Source: Octopus bimaculoides (lineage: Eukaryota). From it: DNA of 63,318 nucleotides. Positions within the stretch are counted from its first letter, which is position 1. The number at the start of each line of letters is the position of its first letter. Under the pieces are notes generated by a model. It was given only the letters and a program-made list of their open reading frames with translations, was not told the origin of the DNA and did no database searches. Both the position numbers and the translations under genes were made by a program. This document shows, one piece after another, positions 49,743 through 63,318 of the stretch. Location: assembly GCF_001194135.2 (NCBI RefSeq), contig NC_068994.1, positions 2,677,327 to 2,740,644 on the forward strand, given 5' to 3'.

Positions 49743-51996
49743 ATAGTAATTAGAATAATTTCTACATTATTATTTTTAGGTTTATACGATGAACCATTCC
49801 TTAGAAAACAAAGGGGTCGTTTCTATTACTGATTTACGTTAATACTTTTAAAGCATGATGTTGCTTGAGTACTGGCAGAGTTATGTCCCTTCATTTTCTC
49901 TTCACCACAAAAGATGTAATATAAAGGAAATTTTCTATTTAACATATATGAGTGTATGTCTGTATCAGAAGATACTTGTATGTTTCTGTGCATGTTGGCA
50001 AATGCTTATTTGTGTGTGCGCATTTGTGTACAGGTGTATTTGGTGAGACTGCATTTGGATGTATTTGTATGTATGCATTCATGTGATGTCCTTACGAATC
50101 ATAATTTTTGTCTCTAAAATGTTTTTTAAAATTAACTTATGTAATTTCATGTTATTTTACAAGAAGGAATCAGAATGTAAAAAAAACTTGTGGATGAAGC
50201 AAAGAAATGTCAATATGGTGGTGCTTTTTTTAGAGATGAAGGCTTAGATCAATGTGAAGAAATGGGAAAAAAAACCCCACTTATTTGGTTTTAAAGTGGT
50301 CTTAGAAAAGAGGTGCAAAAATATATAAAAGAATGAGATAAGGAATACAAGTTTATACATTTTAGACTTATATAACACACCTGAAAGTGAAGCAAAACTG
50401 AGTGCCAGTAGTAAACGAAATTGAGATTCAGTTTGTATTTGCAATGAAAGAAGACCATTTTAGTATTATGAAAGTTCAAACAAGTGGAGGTAAGCAAGAA
50501 AGTGTTAGCTACTGATAAACTAAATTCGATCTTCTTTGATAAGGACTAAAATATACCTACTGTTTATAAGTGTTGGGCTCTGTAATAAGGAGAATTTATG
50601 CCCAGATAAAATCAGTTGGGTAGTATATTTGTCATCCAGTTCAGTACCACTACCTGACCCCATGGGTACCTTTTGTAGAATCCACCCAATAACATTCAGG
50701 TCAGATCATTGATCTGAGGATGACCTAACATTTCTCCCACCAGTCTCAGAAACCCTGCAAAACCCTCACCTTCTTCATTTTAAAAAAAAGATAAATAAAA
50801 TATTCAATCAAAGTTATCTGGAAATAAATTCAGTTGTTATTGAAGTTCTGCTGACCATACTCATACACAGGATATCCAAGAAGAGTTGATAAAAATACTT
50901 AACCTCAGTGTCTATCACATAGATGAATACTTCAGTTTCCTAATGCTAAAATTATGTTAATGTTATTCAAGAGTATTTCTGTCATTGACTGCCAAACATG
51001 ACGGGAGGTTCAGTTAAAAAAGAAACATTGTAGTAGATAAACAGAAATGTCTTTAAACTAAAGCAGATAAGAAAGAAAATAGTTTAATTTTGAAAGTAGA
51101 TACTGTGGCAGGTAAACAAAAGAAGTCTAGTAAAGTAGAAAGATAGACAAAACTAGCTGAGCAATATCCAAACATACTTATCAATACAACTTCACATTTT
51201 ATTAGTTTTGGGATATATTTTGAGATTCTAAATCCATATCCTAGTAAACAATTGCTAATGTCTAGAGTATTATTCAAGACTTTCAGATTATTTATCAAAA
51301 CATATAAGAGAAATGATCCCCAGTAAACCAAGTTCCCAAGAGAAGGAGAGTATATTTTGAAGTATCTGAGTATAACATTTTTGATATGTATAAAAATGTT
51401 ATCAGTAATATAAGCTTCTGAATCAGAACAATTCCAGTTAATAAAACTAAAACCTTAAAAAATAGAAAGGCTTCAGAAATGATGTTGGCTGAAATACTTA
51501 ATTTTTGTGATTCATTTGTTAGCTTTTTATTTAAAAAAAAATAATAATTTGATATTTCATGATTTGTTTTAATCAAGTGGAAAAAAAACAACCTTTTCTG
51601 AGATAAGTTTTATTGACAGATTTTCATTAGTCAAACATATATTCCTTTCATACTTTATAACAGAACACAGATGACTGTACTATTTCAAATTTGATTTGTT
51701 TTGCATTATTCCTATTTTAAATTAATTTATTTACTCCTCAACTCTAGTTACAGTCATTGTTCTTCACCTACACAAATATAATCATTTCAAAATGTATATT
51801 ATGCAGGAGTTATATACCTTGAATTTATTTGATCTTTCTGAGTTGTATGCCTTGTAATTTTGTTAATTTCTTATAATTAGCAAAGTCAGACAAAATTTGA
51901 ACCAAAGGGGTGAAGTGTTACAATTAAATATTGCCATCAAGTGTTCTATTGTTATTGTACCACCTTCATTGTCACCTTATTAATAACAAGAAGTAT

Positions 51997-52190
51997 GCAA
52001 GCTGGCAGATTCATTAGTACAACAGACAAAATGCTTAGCGACATTCATTGGTCATGAAGTTCTGAGTTCAAATTCCATTGAGGCTGACTTTGCTTTTTGC
52101 TCTTCTAGAGTTGAATAAGTACCAGTTGAATTCTGGGGTCGATATAATCGACTAGACCCATCCTCTAAAATTTCAGGCCTTGTGCCTAAA
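51997..52190 (+). mobile_element. S2 SINE, full copy
   Basis: gctggcagattcattag..gttctgagttcaaattcc..aataagtaccagttg..ctggggtcgat..aaatttcaggccttgtgcct. Confidence 0.85.
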
Positions 52191-52899
52191 GGATTATTAA
52201 CAAGAAGGAAATTTAATCAATATTTTTCCTTTTCTAAATAAAGTCCAAATGTTTTTTCAAATATACGGATAAGTGTTGCAGAGTAAAGGGAAACTCCAAG
52301 TGAATTGATTCTGTTATCTTACCTCAATTTTCAATTTCATCTAATATTAATTTACTGCATTTAGCAGGGACCATTCTGTTGCATTCATTTATACCTGACT
52401 CCTAGTGCTCTTCCTAGTTTCATTTTTCTTGCAGATATCCAGGCTAAGCACCTTACTAAGCATCCAGACTATTAAACTAAAAGAAATTTTCTTTTAAAAA
52501 CTTGCTTTTATAAAGGCATAAGCATCACAACACCCTATTTTCCTTCTTGAAGAAACTCTGTATAAGAAACAGACTTTATCACATACAATGATTGAAAGAG
52601 AACCACTAAATACTTGTGATAATTAGCTCTTAGTATTTATAAGAATCAGAATAAGTTCTGTGCAATAATAAAGTTCTTAAACTGAATCAATGATTAGGTT
52701 TTAATTCCAAGCTGGAATAGTGTCACTTATATCCCTAATGATCTTGGGAAAGTTGAGCATCATGGCTTCTCTTTGTCCCTTGCATATGAGATTTGATACT
52801 TCATGTCTATGTAAAAGAAATAAATTAGTATTTATAAGAAATAGTATGGTACTATTTTCTTTAATTATTTGGGATTTGTTTTTTTTTTAAATCCCTCAG

Positions 52900-53065
52900 A
52901 TGTATCATGAGTCAATGGAAATAGCACCACACAGTGAACAGCCTGAACAGAATACTGAGAATGGCTCCCGCTATCTCACTGACACAATGCCAACACAGGG
53001 AGACAGCAGCCATTGTTGGACTAAGGGCTTCACAGAACAATATGAAGAAATTCCAGGAGTGTTAG
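52900..53065 (+). CDS. Pcdh: Predicted protocadherin coding exon 2 (cytoplasmic)
   Basis: Acceptor ttttttttaaatccctcAG (52898-52899). Open in phase 0, matching the 41505 donor: MYHESMEIAPHSEQPEQNTENGSRYLTDTMPTQGDSSHCWTKGFTEQYEEIPGVL. GC-richer island in AT-rich intron. Donor TTAG|GTGAAT at 53065/53066 (phase 1). Confidence 0.75.
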
Positions 53066-54676
53066 GTGAATACATTTAATTTACTTATGCTATGATAAGT
53101 TCTGGGCTTCACTATTAAAATCGAAATTAAAATTATTAACTACCTCTTAAAAATAGGAAATTATTATTTGCTCCTATTCCTATGCACACACACATTTAAT
53201 GCCTTCTCTCTCATTAAATATCATCCTAAGCACACACTTTTAGGATTATTACTTATCAACACATTGTGCCCACGTGGATGTGTAAATGTATGAATACAGA
53301 TATCATATTCCTCCATCTGACAAGTGTAATTTCCACTGTTAATAATATCAGTTTAGGAACTAAATTATTTCATAAATACTAATTTTAAATATGTTAGTGT
53401 TTGTTATTGCTCCTCCTCATTGTTGTAGTGAATATAACAGTTTGATAGATGGCTTCTGTGTTGCAATTCAAAATGTTTTGTACTTGGTTATAATTAAACC
53501 TTCAGAATTTATATTTCAAACATTTTGGCATCAGTCACATTTGCTTTATCATTTTAATTTAACCTACTAATAAAACTAAAACAACGATTGCCCCTTAACT
53601 ATGGCTGGCTTGGTGCTGATTATTCTGATCCAATTTAGAAGTTATTTTAAATAACATCAATTAAAATTGTCTTTCATGAATAGTTTAACTAGAATAAAGT
53701 TTTTGTCCTAAAAATAGCTTAATATTTTCTTTTTAATTACTAAATACATGACCCTTAGCCTTATTATTCCATTTTATTTCTCTTTGATTTTCATCTACTT
53801 TGCACTGCTTAATCTATGTAATCCAATTCATTAACACTGAGTCATTTCAAAACAGCCACAAGTTTACACTTAAGTTTTCAGACAATTGTCCCTTATGCTT
53901 ACTCAACATTCATCAATCCAATAATGTGAACTCTTTTGGAAATATATATTTGCATTAGATGAAGAAATTATGCTTCATTTAAAAAGACAATTTTCTTTCT
54001 CCTCACTAATTACATTTTACCTTTTATTCTACCTAAAGTTAATCAGACAGCTCACTTATGTTAGTGAATAACTGTCATCAGAATTTATTCATGCCATTTC
54101 AAATTTAACCCAGTATGCATGCTAGAAAAAAAAATCAACCCAAAATTTTACATGTCGGAACCTAACTAACTTGACTACATGGTATCATTAAATATCACAA
54201 TGTCATTGATCTCAAGAAATCAAACCCACAAAACCAAGTACCCTCTATTCACAAATCATCACAAACAAACTATCAAGTTCTTAGCAAGTGTTTTTGTGAT
54301 GCATCACAGAAACTAAGCTACTTTTTCAGAGCTAGAAAATACCCATGCCTTACATAGCTGCTAACTTTACACAAAATTTGAATTCACCTTTCACTGGCTA
54401 CAGTTTATATATCTAAGACAAGCCAATAGCCTTATCATACACATGTTAGATCATATCTGAGTAAGAATTTCTGTCTAAACAGTAAGATTTCAATCAACAC
54501 TACTATCTCCAACCAACCTACAACTAGTATTCTCCTCCTATCTCTTACACCACTATCACAGTTCATTCTCTCTGCACTTACTTCACCAAGCTAACTTGAT
54601 TAGTGGTGTAATTTTAATTGATTAAACACTTTTTGGGGGGATCCACTACAATCGAAGTTGAATTCAAGAAATGTTA

Positions 54677-54960
54677 TTCATCATCATCGTTTAACATCTG
54701 CCTTCCCTGCTAGCATGGGTTGGATGGTTTCACGAGAGCCGGCCAGGCAGAAGTCTGCACCAGACTTCTATGACTGTTTTGGCAGGATTTTTACAGCTAG
54801 ATAGATGCCCTTCCTAACACCAACCACTCAGTAAAGTGGACTTGGTGCTTTTACGTGGCATAAACAGACGAGGTCAATTTTGGCAAGATTTTTACAGCTG
54901 GATGCCTTTCTGAACACCAGCCACTTTACAATGTAGACTGGGTGCTTTTAAGTGGTACCT
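54677..54960 (-). mobile_element. S4 element with an internal approx. 105-bp duplication
   Basis: catcatcatcgtttaacatc..gcatgggttgg tail; two copies of ttttggca.gatttttacagct.gat..cacca.ccact..ggtgctttta. Confidence 0.75.
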
Positions 54961-55283
54961 GCCCTGACAGGGTCACCAATTACTTATAAGACAAAAAAAA
55001 AACTTTCAAGAGGGGAGGAAGCATTGGAGAAGATGATCTTGTGTTAGATGATGAAAGGTTATAGTGAGACAGAGAGACAGAAATAGGTTTCTTGCTGTAG
55101 AGGAAGTACAAGGTTACCTGGAAGGAGAGAGAGGAATGAAGGCAGAAACAGGTGCGCTACCACAAAGGAAATACACGGTTACCCAAACTGAGGCAAGTGC
55201 AGGAGAAGGAGAGAGAGAGTGGGTGACAGCAGGAATATAAATGGAATGGTTGAGTAAAGGAAGAGGAAGTGATAAATTGAAGA

Positions 55284-56165
55284 GTAATGCCTGTTATCAG
55301 ATATGAAGCTGGAATTGTAGATTGGACACAAGGCAAATGTGCAGAAACTTAACAGGAAAATTAGAAAATTGTTGACTATGTATGGAGCCTACCATCCAGA
55401 AGCTGATACCAACTGGTTGTACTTGAAGAGAGATCAGGGTGGAAGAGATTTAATTGGTGTGGAAGAGTGTGTGCTGGTGGAATGAAACAGCTTAGTAGGT
55501 TTTTTACAGAACAGCACAGAAAAGTTACTAAAGGTAACAGGTGAGCAATACTGGAAAAGTGAAAAGGACAGGAATGAAAGACCCAGGGAGAATATAAGAA
55601 ATGAAGGTATGATCAAGTTGTGAAAGTTTTACATTGGAAGCTTTGTCAGAAAAGAGGGTTTGAAGTAGGAAGTAAATTGAATAGAAAGTTGAGTCAAGAA
55701 CATGCATGATTTTGCAGGATCTTCAATTTCAAACAGATAAAAAGATTGAAAATAACAAGTCAGATACTACAACTGAATTTTCTTATTGATTCATCCATCA
55801 TGTCCATTTGATATCAGTATTATAAAAAAAGCAGATGGAAAGTTGAAAAAATACAACCCCTTAGAACTTGAGATTCCAAGGCTTTGGAACATAAATCTGT
55901 TAAAGTTGTACCAATGATATTTGGTGCATTAAGGCCTGTGAGTGATGACATAGACAAATAGATAAAGGAGAGTGGAATGCAATGTCCTGTAGAGCTTCTA
56001 CAGGCGGTTTACCTCTTAGGAACAGGAAAGATCATCAGATGGGTTTTGAGCGCTTGATAGTTTATTGAAATCATAGAGATAGCTAAGGTTATGGGGAGTA
56101 ACTCACTACCCATATAAATTCTACAAGGTACAAGATCAACCCTGAATCAAGTAGAATAATAATAA
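55284..56165 (+). mobile_element. R4/Dong-type LINE remnant (post-RT and REL domain, internally deleted)
   Basis: VMPVIRYEAGIVDWT..KLNRKIRKLLTMYGAYHPEADTNWLYLKRDQGGRDLIGVEECV; ILQDLQFQTDKKIENNKSD; CPFD..KKYNPLELEIPRLWN..VVPMIFGAL..CPVELLQAVYLLGTGKIIRWVL; ends in (AAT)n at 56155-56165. Confidence 0.9.
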
Positions 56166-57667
56166 CCACTTCCTTTAGATACTTAGTACATTCATCATTT
56201 GAAATATCCTGTTTAAGAAAGCTTATAATTTCATAAAAATATTAGCAAAAAATAAAAATTATGTTTCATGAAAAAATATTAATCTTTTAAAGAGATAAAT
56301 TACTTTTGAAGATACTAGTGACAAAAAAATCAGTACTGAATAAGATCCATTTATTATGATTGTTACTTTATTAGTTTACTGACCATTGTGTATGTTTGCT
56401 TGCATGAGAAAAATTAATGCAGAAATAGTACAATTTAATCTCTAAGTTATATATTGTCCTTCAGATGGTACTAATTTGACATATACACATAACCCAGGGT
56501 TAGTAATCAATGTAACAATTTTTATTATGAACACATTATTTTGTAGATTTTAAAAGGGGACTTCAACAACCTAAACAGGAAAACTCAGGATTGAAACAAC
56601 ATTTTTCTAACCAGGTATATTTAATGGAGAGACAAAGATTAACATCCCCACAGTCCCAAGTTATTAATTTGGTATGTTGAACATCACAAACTAAAAGTGA
56701 TGTTAATTTTTTTTCTTTGACTGCTTGAAATAAATAAATCCAAGAGATTTGATATATTAATGTTTAAACTTCTGATTATCAGGCAGCAATTTATTTGTAA
56801 ATCTGTACAAATAAGAAAGGCAATGGAAACTGATTATTTGTTTAATGAATAAAATATGAAATAAGTGAAAATGAAAAAAAAAANNNNNNNNNNAAAAAAA
56901 AAAAAAAAAAAAAATCACATTTCCAGTTTCAAAGAATTTCAAAATGCTGAAAATAGAAAAGTTTTGTTTAAAGCAGTTTATCAAGTTAAAGTTTTTTCTT
57001 TTTGTTTATTATACATTAAAATTTGTCAGATATTTTCCTTGTTGCACTACTTTTCAAGGCTCCTTACTCTTCCAAATTCTGCACACTGTCTTCCATACAA
57101 ATGTTGACATCTGTACAAATGTTTTTAACTTTGAAATTACTGGTATACTCCCAGATTGTTATTCTTCAGTTCTCCATATTAAAGTTTATATAATATCGTT
57201 ATCCTTAGAATTTATTACCTCCAATTAAATCCTCTGCCCTTATCTTCTATGTAATTATATCCATCTTATTACTCTTCTTTCAGATAGTTCTCTAAATTTT
57301 GTTTGAACATTTCTCTTCGACCTTTTCATTATTATTTATCATTAAAGTTCACTTTCTGTACAGTCCACTACATCATATTCATATAGTCAGTTTTAATCCA
57401 TCCTATTAACCTTCTGTTTTTGCGAGCTAAACCTTGACTACTACTATTGTATCCTCCTTAATCTTTACTACTGATTATATACCCTGATATTTTATATATT
57501 TTTAGCAAAATTTAAGTAAATCCAGTTTTTAGATATGCAGAGGTTCACAACTCAGTCACATATAATTACGTATGTTGTGATAAGGTTTCCATTTTCATTT
57601 GAAATATAAAATAGCTGAATGTTAAATTTTCTGAAGATTAAGAATTTGGTTTGGAAATATGTAGCGC

Positions 57668-57698
<31 letters not shown>

Positions 57699-59033
57699 GG
57701 GGGGGGGCGTGTATGCATATGTGCCTGTGTTCATATATGTTTGCACAAATACATTCATGTATGCATTATGTCTGGTAATCGTTGAACTTACTAGGCCCTC
57801 CAAGACTGGTAAGGTCAATATGATTGATATTCTTGAGCAACAACTTAACAAAAGAGAATGCTTGCAATAGAATGGGTTGTTAAAGGAACCTAAGAGTCAG
57901 TTAGAGTGCTAAACTAGGAGATGAGTTAAATGAATTAAATCTACCACAATAATTGAGGACTCCACTTGAAATTTTGACTTGCTGTTGTTAATCGAATGTA
58001 GTGCATGATGATATTTTCTGTATATGTCAATCTTGTATTCAGAAACTACAAAATGAACACAAAACCATATATATTATTTACAATCCCATGGCAAAGATTT
58101 GAATAACATTTATTTTGAGAAAAAGCAACCAAATTTCCCTCAAATCCTATTGTTTACTAAGAAACGAAATGAGAAATGGAGATCATCAAACCAGTTTCAC
58201 CAGAGTTTATCTACATCATCTTTCAAATTTAAAAACAAAAATCTTCTAATGAAAAATATAAACAAACTGTTACTGGAATTACATTTTCAAACTGAAGACT
58301 TAATATATATTTATTAAACATACCAAAAAAAGATTTCTATGAATGCATTTATTCATAACAATGTTGAGTTCGTACTTTTGTTTTTAAATCCTGGTCACCA
58401 GTCTTGTACCATTATATAAACTTATTTACTTTAGCAATATTTCATATTTTTTATGTGTGTGTGAACGAAGAGTACATGTGCTCAAGTATGTGTGTGAGAG
58501 CAAGTTTACATGTGTTCTTACATGTGTGTGTGTGTGCATGTATGAATGCAATAGAAGCATTCTGTCATTCACCTCACACTCTTGTGAAAGTATCTGATCC
58601 TCTGTCACCCTATCCATATCACTTGTTCCCCTCTCCCCTCCACCCTACATTCTCCCTCTTGTACCTTAAAGGTACATCCTAATACTTCATCACTTCCATC
58701 TTCCACTCTCCTTTTTCAACTGGGGTAGCCATGTTTCTCTTCTACAGCAAAACACCTACTTCTTTTCTTGTCTCTCAACACACACACACACACACACACA
58801 CACACATTGGTTTTGTGTGTAAATGAATGTGTTTATTTTGTTAGACCAGCACATGAATCAGTGAGTTAATAAAATAAAGGAAAAGGGTTTTGTAATTGAT
58901 AGTGTATAAAATGTGTAAAATTTTGTACCATAATAATATAAGTTAATAAAGAAAGAAAGTCTGTTATTTATTGATGTATGTATGACAGAAGGTAAACATT
59001 TTATCTTAATGTATTTATTTGTATCTTTTACAG

Positions 59034-59110
59034 AATTCAACAGTTCCCACTTAACTACATCACCAGTTTCACAGCAAAAACAACTTCTTCACATGGATAT
59101 TAAAAAATAA
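59034..59110 (+). CDS. Pcdh: Candidate terminal protocadherin exon 3
   Basis: Acceptor tcttaatgtatttatttgtatcttttacAG (59032-59033). The phase-1 join gives (E)FNSSHLTTSPVSQQKQLLHMDIKK-stop (TAA 59108-59110). Followed by about 1 kb of repeat-free AT-rich UTR-like sequence. The phase-2 frame is also open, so support is moderate. Confidence 0.45.
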
Positions 59111-59770
59111 TATAAATTTCACTAAATGCAATAGCAATTTTAAACTGAAAAACCATTGTTCAATAACTGGATAGAATTGAATGTTTGAAGAACTTGTTTG
59201 AACATGCTATGCATTTTGTATGAAATGAACCACAGCTTTGGAAATTACATTTCTTCTAAATGCTATTTTTTCTGTTAAATTTCTATTTCTCAAATATTTA
59301 TAGAAATGAAGTACGAAAAAAAAATCTAAAAACAATTCTGCTTCTCTCCTGAAAGAAGACATGGAAACTGTTCAGCTTACAACTTATTGATATACTATTT
59401 CAGCCTGGAGCTAAATGAATTCTGGTTGTTTCTGATATTCCATTGAGGTGCTTCAGTTAAAACATAAAATTTAAAAAGATTTTTGCATATTGTGACATCA
59501 CACTGTAAACAACAAATGAAGTCTAACATTTATGAAAAACAAGAAGGTATATATAAAAAGAAAAAGGGAAAATATATAAACAGGAAGAAAAATAAGGAAA
59601 TACATAGCAATGGTTACTTGAAACCTCAATTCTAGTGTGTGCTTCAAGGTTGTGAAATGAACTGTCTGGTTAATTAATCCCTTCATCATCAGCTATGAAT
59701 ATGTTTAAATTTCCATATCAGTAAGAGAATTATATAAAATTCACAGAAGATTCTTTTACCTGAACATTTT

Positions 59771-59776
59771 AATAAA
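59771..59776 (+). terminator. Candidate polyadenylation signal of Pcdh
   Basis: AATAAA about 660 nt after the candidate exon-3 stop; the hexamer is common in AT-rich DNA. Confidence 0.2.
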
Positions 59777-60351
59777 AATATTAAATATCACAACAATTAA
59801 CTTCTAAGTCAATGGAGCCAATATTAAAATATTATTTATACCATGTTTTTCACTTTATTTACCTATTTTTTAAGAACAAAACACTCTCAACCTAAAGGGA
59901 AATTTATTGAAAATAAGACTAACAAACACTATCTTACATCTAAAAGTCTTATTAATTAGCTGATAAACACATTTAACTTCGAAGTAAATTGAATGCATTA
60001 ATCTCAATGATATTAATGTTGCAAATCATGCAAAATTTGTTCAAAAACATTTATAATAAGTGAAAACAAACAACAGCTTTCATCACTTAGTGCATCTATG
60101 AATTTGTGTGCAAGTGTGGATGTGTAGTAACCAAATATACTACAAAGTGATGTTGGCACACAAGCAAGATACTGATTATTGATTTTTCTTTTTTTTTTAT
60201 CAGTGATAACTCTTGTGCTTGTATAGATTGAACAAGAATTTCACATGTTTTGAAAATTTCGCACGCTCACATACAAGTAGATCTCACACAAACATACATC
60301 CATACTTTCACATTTATGTGCATCTGTGTATGAGTGCACTCATACATACAT

Positions 60352-60545
60352 ATCATCATTACCATTTTAGCATCCATTTTTCCATACTTGCATGGGTGTG
60401 AAAGAATTTGTTGAGGCAGATTCTAGTACGGCTATATGTCTTTCCTGTCACCTAACTTCACTTGTTTCCAAGTAAGGTAATATTTCCCCTTGGCTAGACA
60501 CATCATGGAAGACAGGTTATAAATGACACTGCATGTATGACAGTG
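60352..60545 (-). mobile_element. S5 repeat
   Basis: Reverse complement of the 1161-1388 element. Confidence 0.7.
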
Positions 60546-60621
60546 CCACTCACAGCCATCATATGATGAGAAGACAAAGAGATACACACACATATATATA
60601 TATATATATACACATACACAA

Positions 60622-60658
<37 letters not shown>

Positions 60659-60831
60659 TCAAAGTAAACTCTGTAATCGTTACCAATATAGCATAAGATT
60701 TCACCTAAAAAAATCTTTAATTATATTCCTTAAGGATCATTCTCCTTGTTTATATATCCAAAGTTTCAAATTTATACATTTAAAAAAGAGATTTAACACC
60801 GAAGTTTTTTATCATCAATCAGCAGCAGCAG

Positions 60832-60930
60832 GAACATTTAACATCCATTTTCCATCCTGGCATGGGCTGGATGGTTTGATAGGAATTGGCAAGGTTAGGG
60901 GCCACACCAGGCTCCATAGTATGTTTTAGT
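60832..60930 (-). mobile_element. S4 element 3' fragment
   Basis: catttaacatccattttccatcctggcatgggctggatgg..cacaccaggctcc, same tail. Confidence 0.6.
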
Positions 60931-60956
60931 TTTTGTTTCTACATATATGTTTGTAT

Positions 60957-61020
<64 letters not shown>

Positions 61021-63262
61021 ACACACACACATATGTATGTATGCATAGAAAATCCAGGCTCCTACATAAATGGGACCAAGCATTGTAAACTATACATAGC
61101 GGAATGGGTGAGAATTCTAAAGGACTCCCTCAACCGAAGGAACATCCCTAACTCCAGAACTCCAGGATATAAAGCATGATGGTGCAAAAAGTTGTGTATA
61201 GCAAAGGATGCAATTTCTGTATTGGCCTCATTGGTGAGGGATGAGTGTGAAAGCCATGTTGAGTTATGTGCTGAAGGATGAGGTCTTTGGAAAAGGGAGA
61301 AGTGAGACAGATGATCTCTGGTTTGCAGATGGTTTAAGGAATGTGCACAGCAATAGAAGGCGCAAATGTATTTAGATGAAGGATACAGGGAGACATTGAG
61401 CCAGAAAAGCTAGAAGTTATTGCTGAAAGAGTGGTATGGTTGTGCCATCCAAAATTACAAAGGTAAGTATAGATGAAAAGTTGGGATGGACATGAAAGAG
61501 AGAATACAGGTGAAGTTGGAAGATGTCAAGAGGATGAAAGAGAAATATGGGAGTTATGGAGGCAAGCTAAGGAGTTGAGGTGTTTTGGGGGTATATAAGC
61601 TATTCGGAGAAGACAGTAAAAGAAAAGAGGCAGAGAAGGAGTGATATGTGGCAGTGGGCAAACAAGCAATCATCACAAGTGGTGAGACAAGAGGTATGAA
61701 TGATGAGAGACGTGAGCAGGGTGATGTAGGAAGGAAGTTAGAGTGATATTGATGGACAAACAAGAGATATAAATAGTACAGTTATAATCGAAGTATGTGT
61801 GGATATTGATGGAGGAGCAACGGTGAGTTCAAATAGAATGATGAAGATGGACCAATACAGTTACTTACACAATGATGGATGGGGAAAGCAAAGTGAGAAA
61901 TATGAGAAAATACCAGTCATAATTTGTGAGCTTTACAACAGGTACGAAAATAAAAGATGGAGGGGTATGAGTGATAAAAGGACATGATAATTGAAAGGAA
62001 TGGAGAAATGAGTGACAAAAAGATGATCAATAAGTAGATGAGAGAGGGAAGTCAAGAATGCATGAGTGGAAACAAATATAGGCTTGGGTGTCTTGGGTGT
62101 TCAGATTTAATTTGACAGTTTGCATAAAAGGAAAACAAAACATTATCCCATCCAAAAATAAAAAGAATTTTAAAAAATCACAAACTATCAACTAGATTAT
62201 AGCTGGGAGATAAGTTTACTGAAAGTAACTACCCTCAGTTTCCACCATGACCTTAAAACAACTTCAAAACTTGGCACATGCATTCCTCACTGTATCCCTG
62301 GGGAGATCTTCAAACACCTCCTTGATCTTGGCTGCCAGCTTGGCCTTGGTATCGCAAACTGAATGTGGGTGTTTTTGTCAAGTTATTTCACTTCTAGTCA
62401 CAATAATATATGATTTTAAAATTTCCCTCAGCTAAGCATTTTATATTTCTCTCTTTCTCTCTACCTCTTCAACAAACTTTTTAACAATGTAATTTGCTTC
62501 TTCGTGTCTTTAACATTTCTCTTTCCCCTCCCCTCTCACTTCCACTAACCACATGAGTGCCAGCATAGTGCATCTGCTGGTTTTCTACTCTCTCACTCAC
62601 TCTCACATTCCCTTTTCCTCTCTCTCACCCCTCCTCCCCATTAACAGACTAAAGCATAAAGTGTGAACGAATGGGTAGAATAACAATAATAATATAGATT
62701 TAATTCAATAGAAAAATTATTTTCACTATCAACACACCACTACCACCATCATTATCATTATAGTTTTCAGTAACAAAGCTCATTTCATTTCATTTCAGTT
62801 CAGCTGTATATTTACTTTTTCTTGCTGTCAATGTATCTCTACTCTGACAATAAAAACACTATCTGCTTCTCTCTCTCTCTCTCTCTCAATGTAGCTGCCT
62901 CCCCTGTCCATCTCTCTCTATCAGCCTTTCTTTAATCTCACCACCAGAACATCACCCTCTGCTAAATATTGTATCTGAAACAGATATCTTTCTCTTTACC
63001 TTTCTCTCCCCACCTTACTGCACATCATTAACACTTCTCTCTCTCTCTCTTTTCTATCACCATCTTTTTCTCTTGCTCTTTACCACACACTTCAACTAGC
63101 CACATGAAACATTTGGCCTTATACATCTTTCTCTACTTCTTTCTTCTCTACTCATACTCCTCCCCTCTCTCTCTCTCTTTTACTCTACCTTTCACTCCAC
63201 CTCCACAACTAACTAAAGTATAACGGGTGAATGAACAAGCAGATTATTATATAGATTGTGTG

Positions 63263-63318
<56 letters not shown>

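Noticed and set aside
58992-59033. Donor-like AAG|GTAAAC just before the exon-3 acceptor
   Set aside because: A 42-nt intron is implausibly short and no upstream exon is evident.

Overview
AT-rich, microsatellite- and retroposon-dense animal genomic DNA with six N-gaps. The gene and repeat families point to an Octopus-type coleoid cephalopod (inference from family recognition). There is one real protein-coding gene, a + strand protocadherin. Its large exon (acceptor 39084-39085, ATG 39133, donor after 41505) encodes a signal peptide, six cadherin repeats, a TM helix and a proximal tail. I predict two further cytoplasmic exons (52900-53065, 59034-59110) missed by the ORF track, giving about 871 aa. 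Almost all other listed ORFs are microsatellite or gap artefacts, or decayed LINE fragments (RTE, CR1/L2 group, R4/Dong-type). Several tRNA-derived SINE families are present. The most notable signal is six minimal type-I hammerhead-ribozyme motifs on the + strand (1683, 4129, 11506, 11660, 46275, 49132) in at least four repeat contexts, with compensatory stem changes; one is built into a tRNA-headed SINE. Other highlights: inverted SINE arms bracketing the big Pcdh exon (circRNA-type layout), a SINE-LINE pair sharing a covarying 3' hairpin, and a tandem double-hairpin array inside a SINE-like element. All alignments and folds were done by eye; repeat boundaries are approximate.
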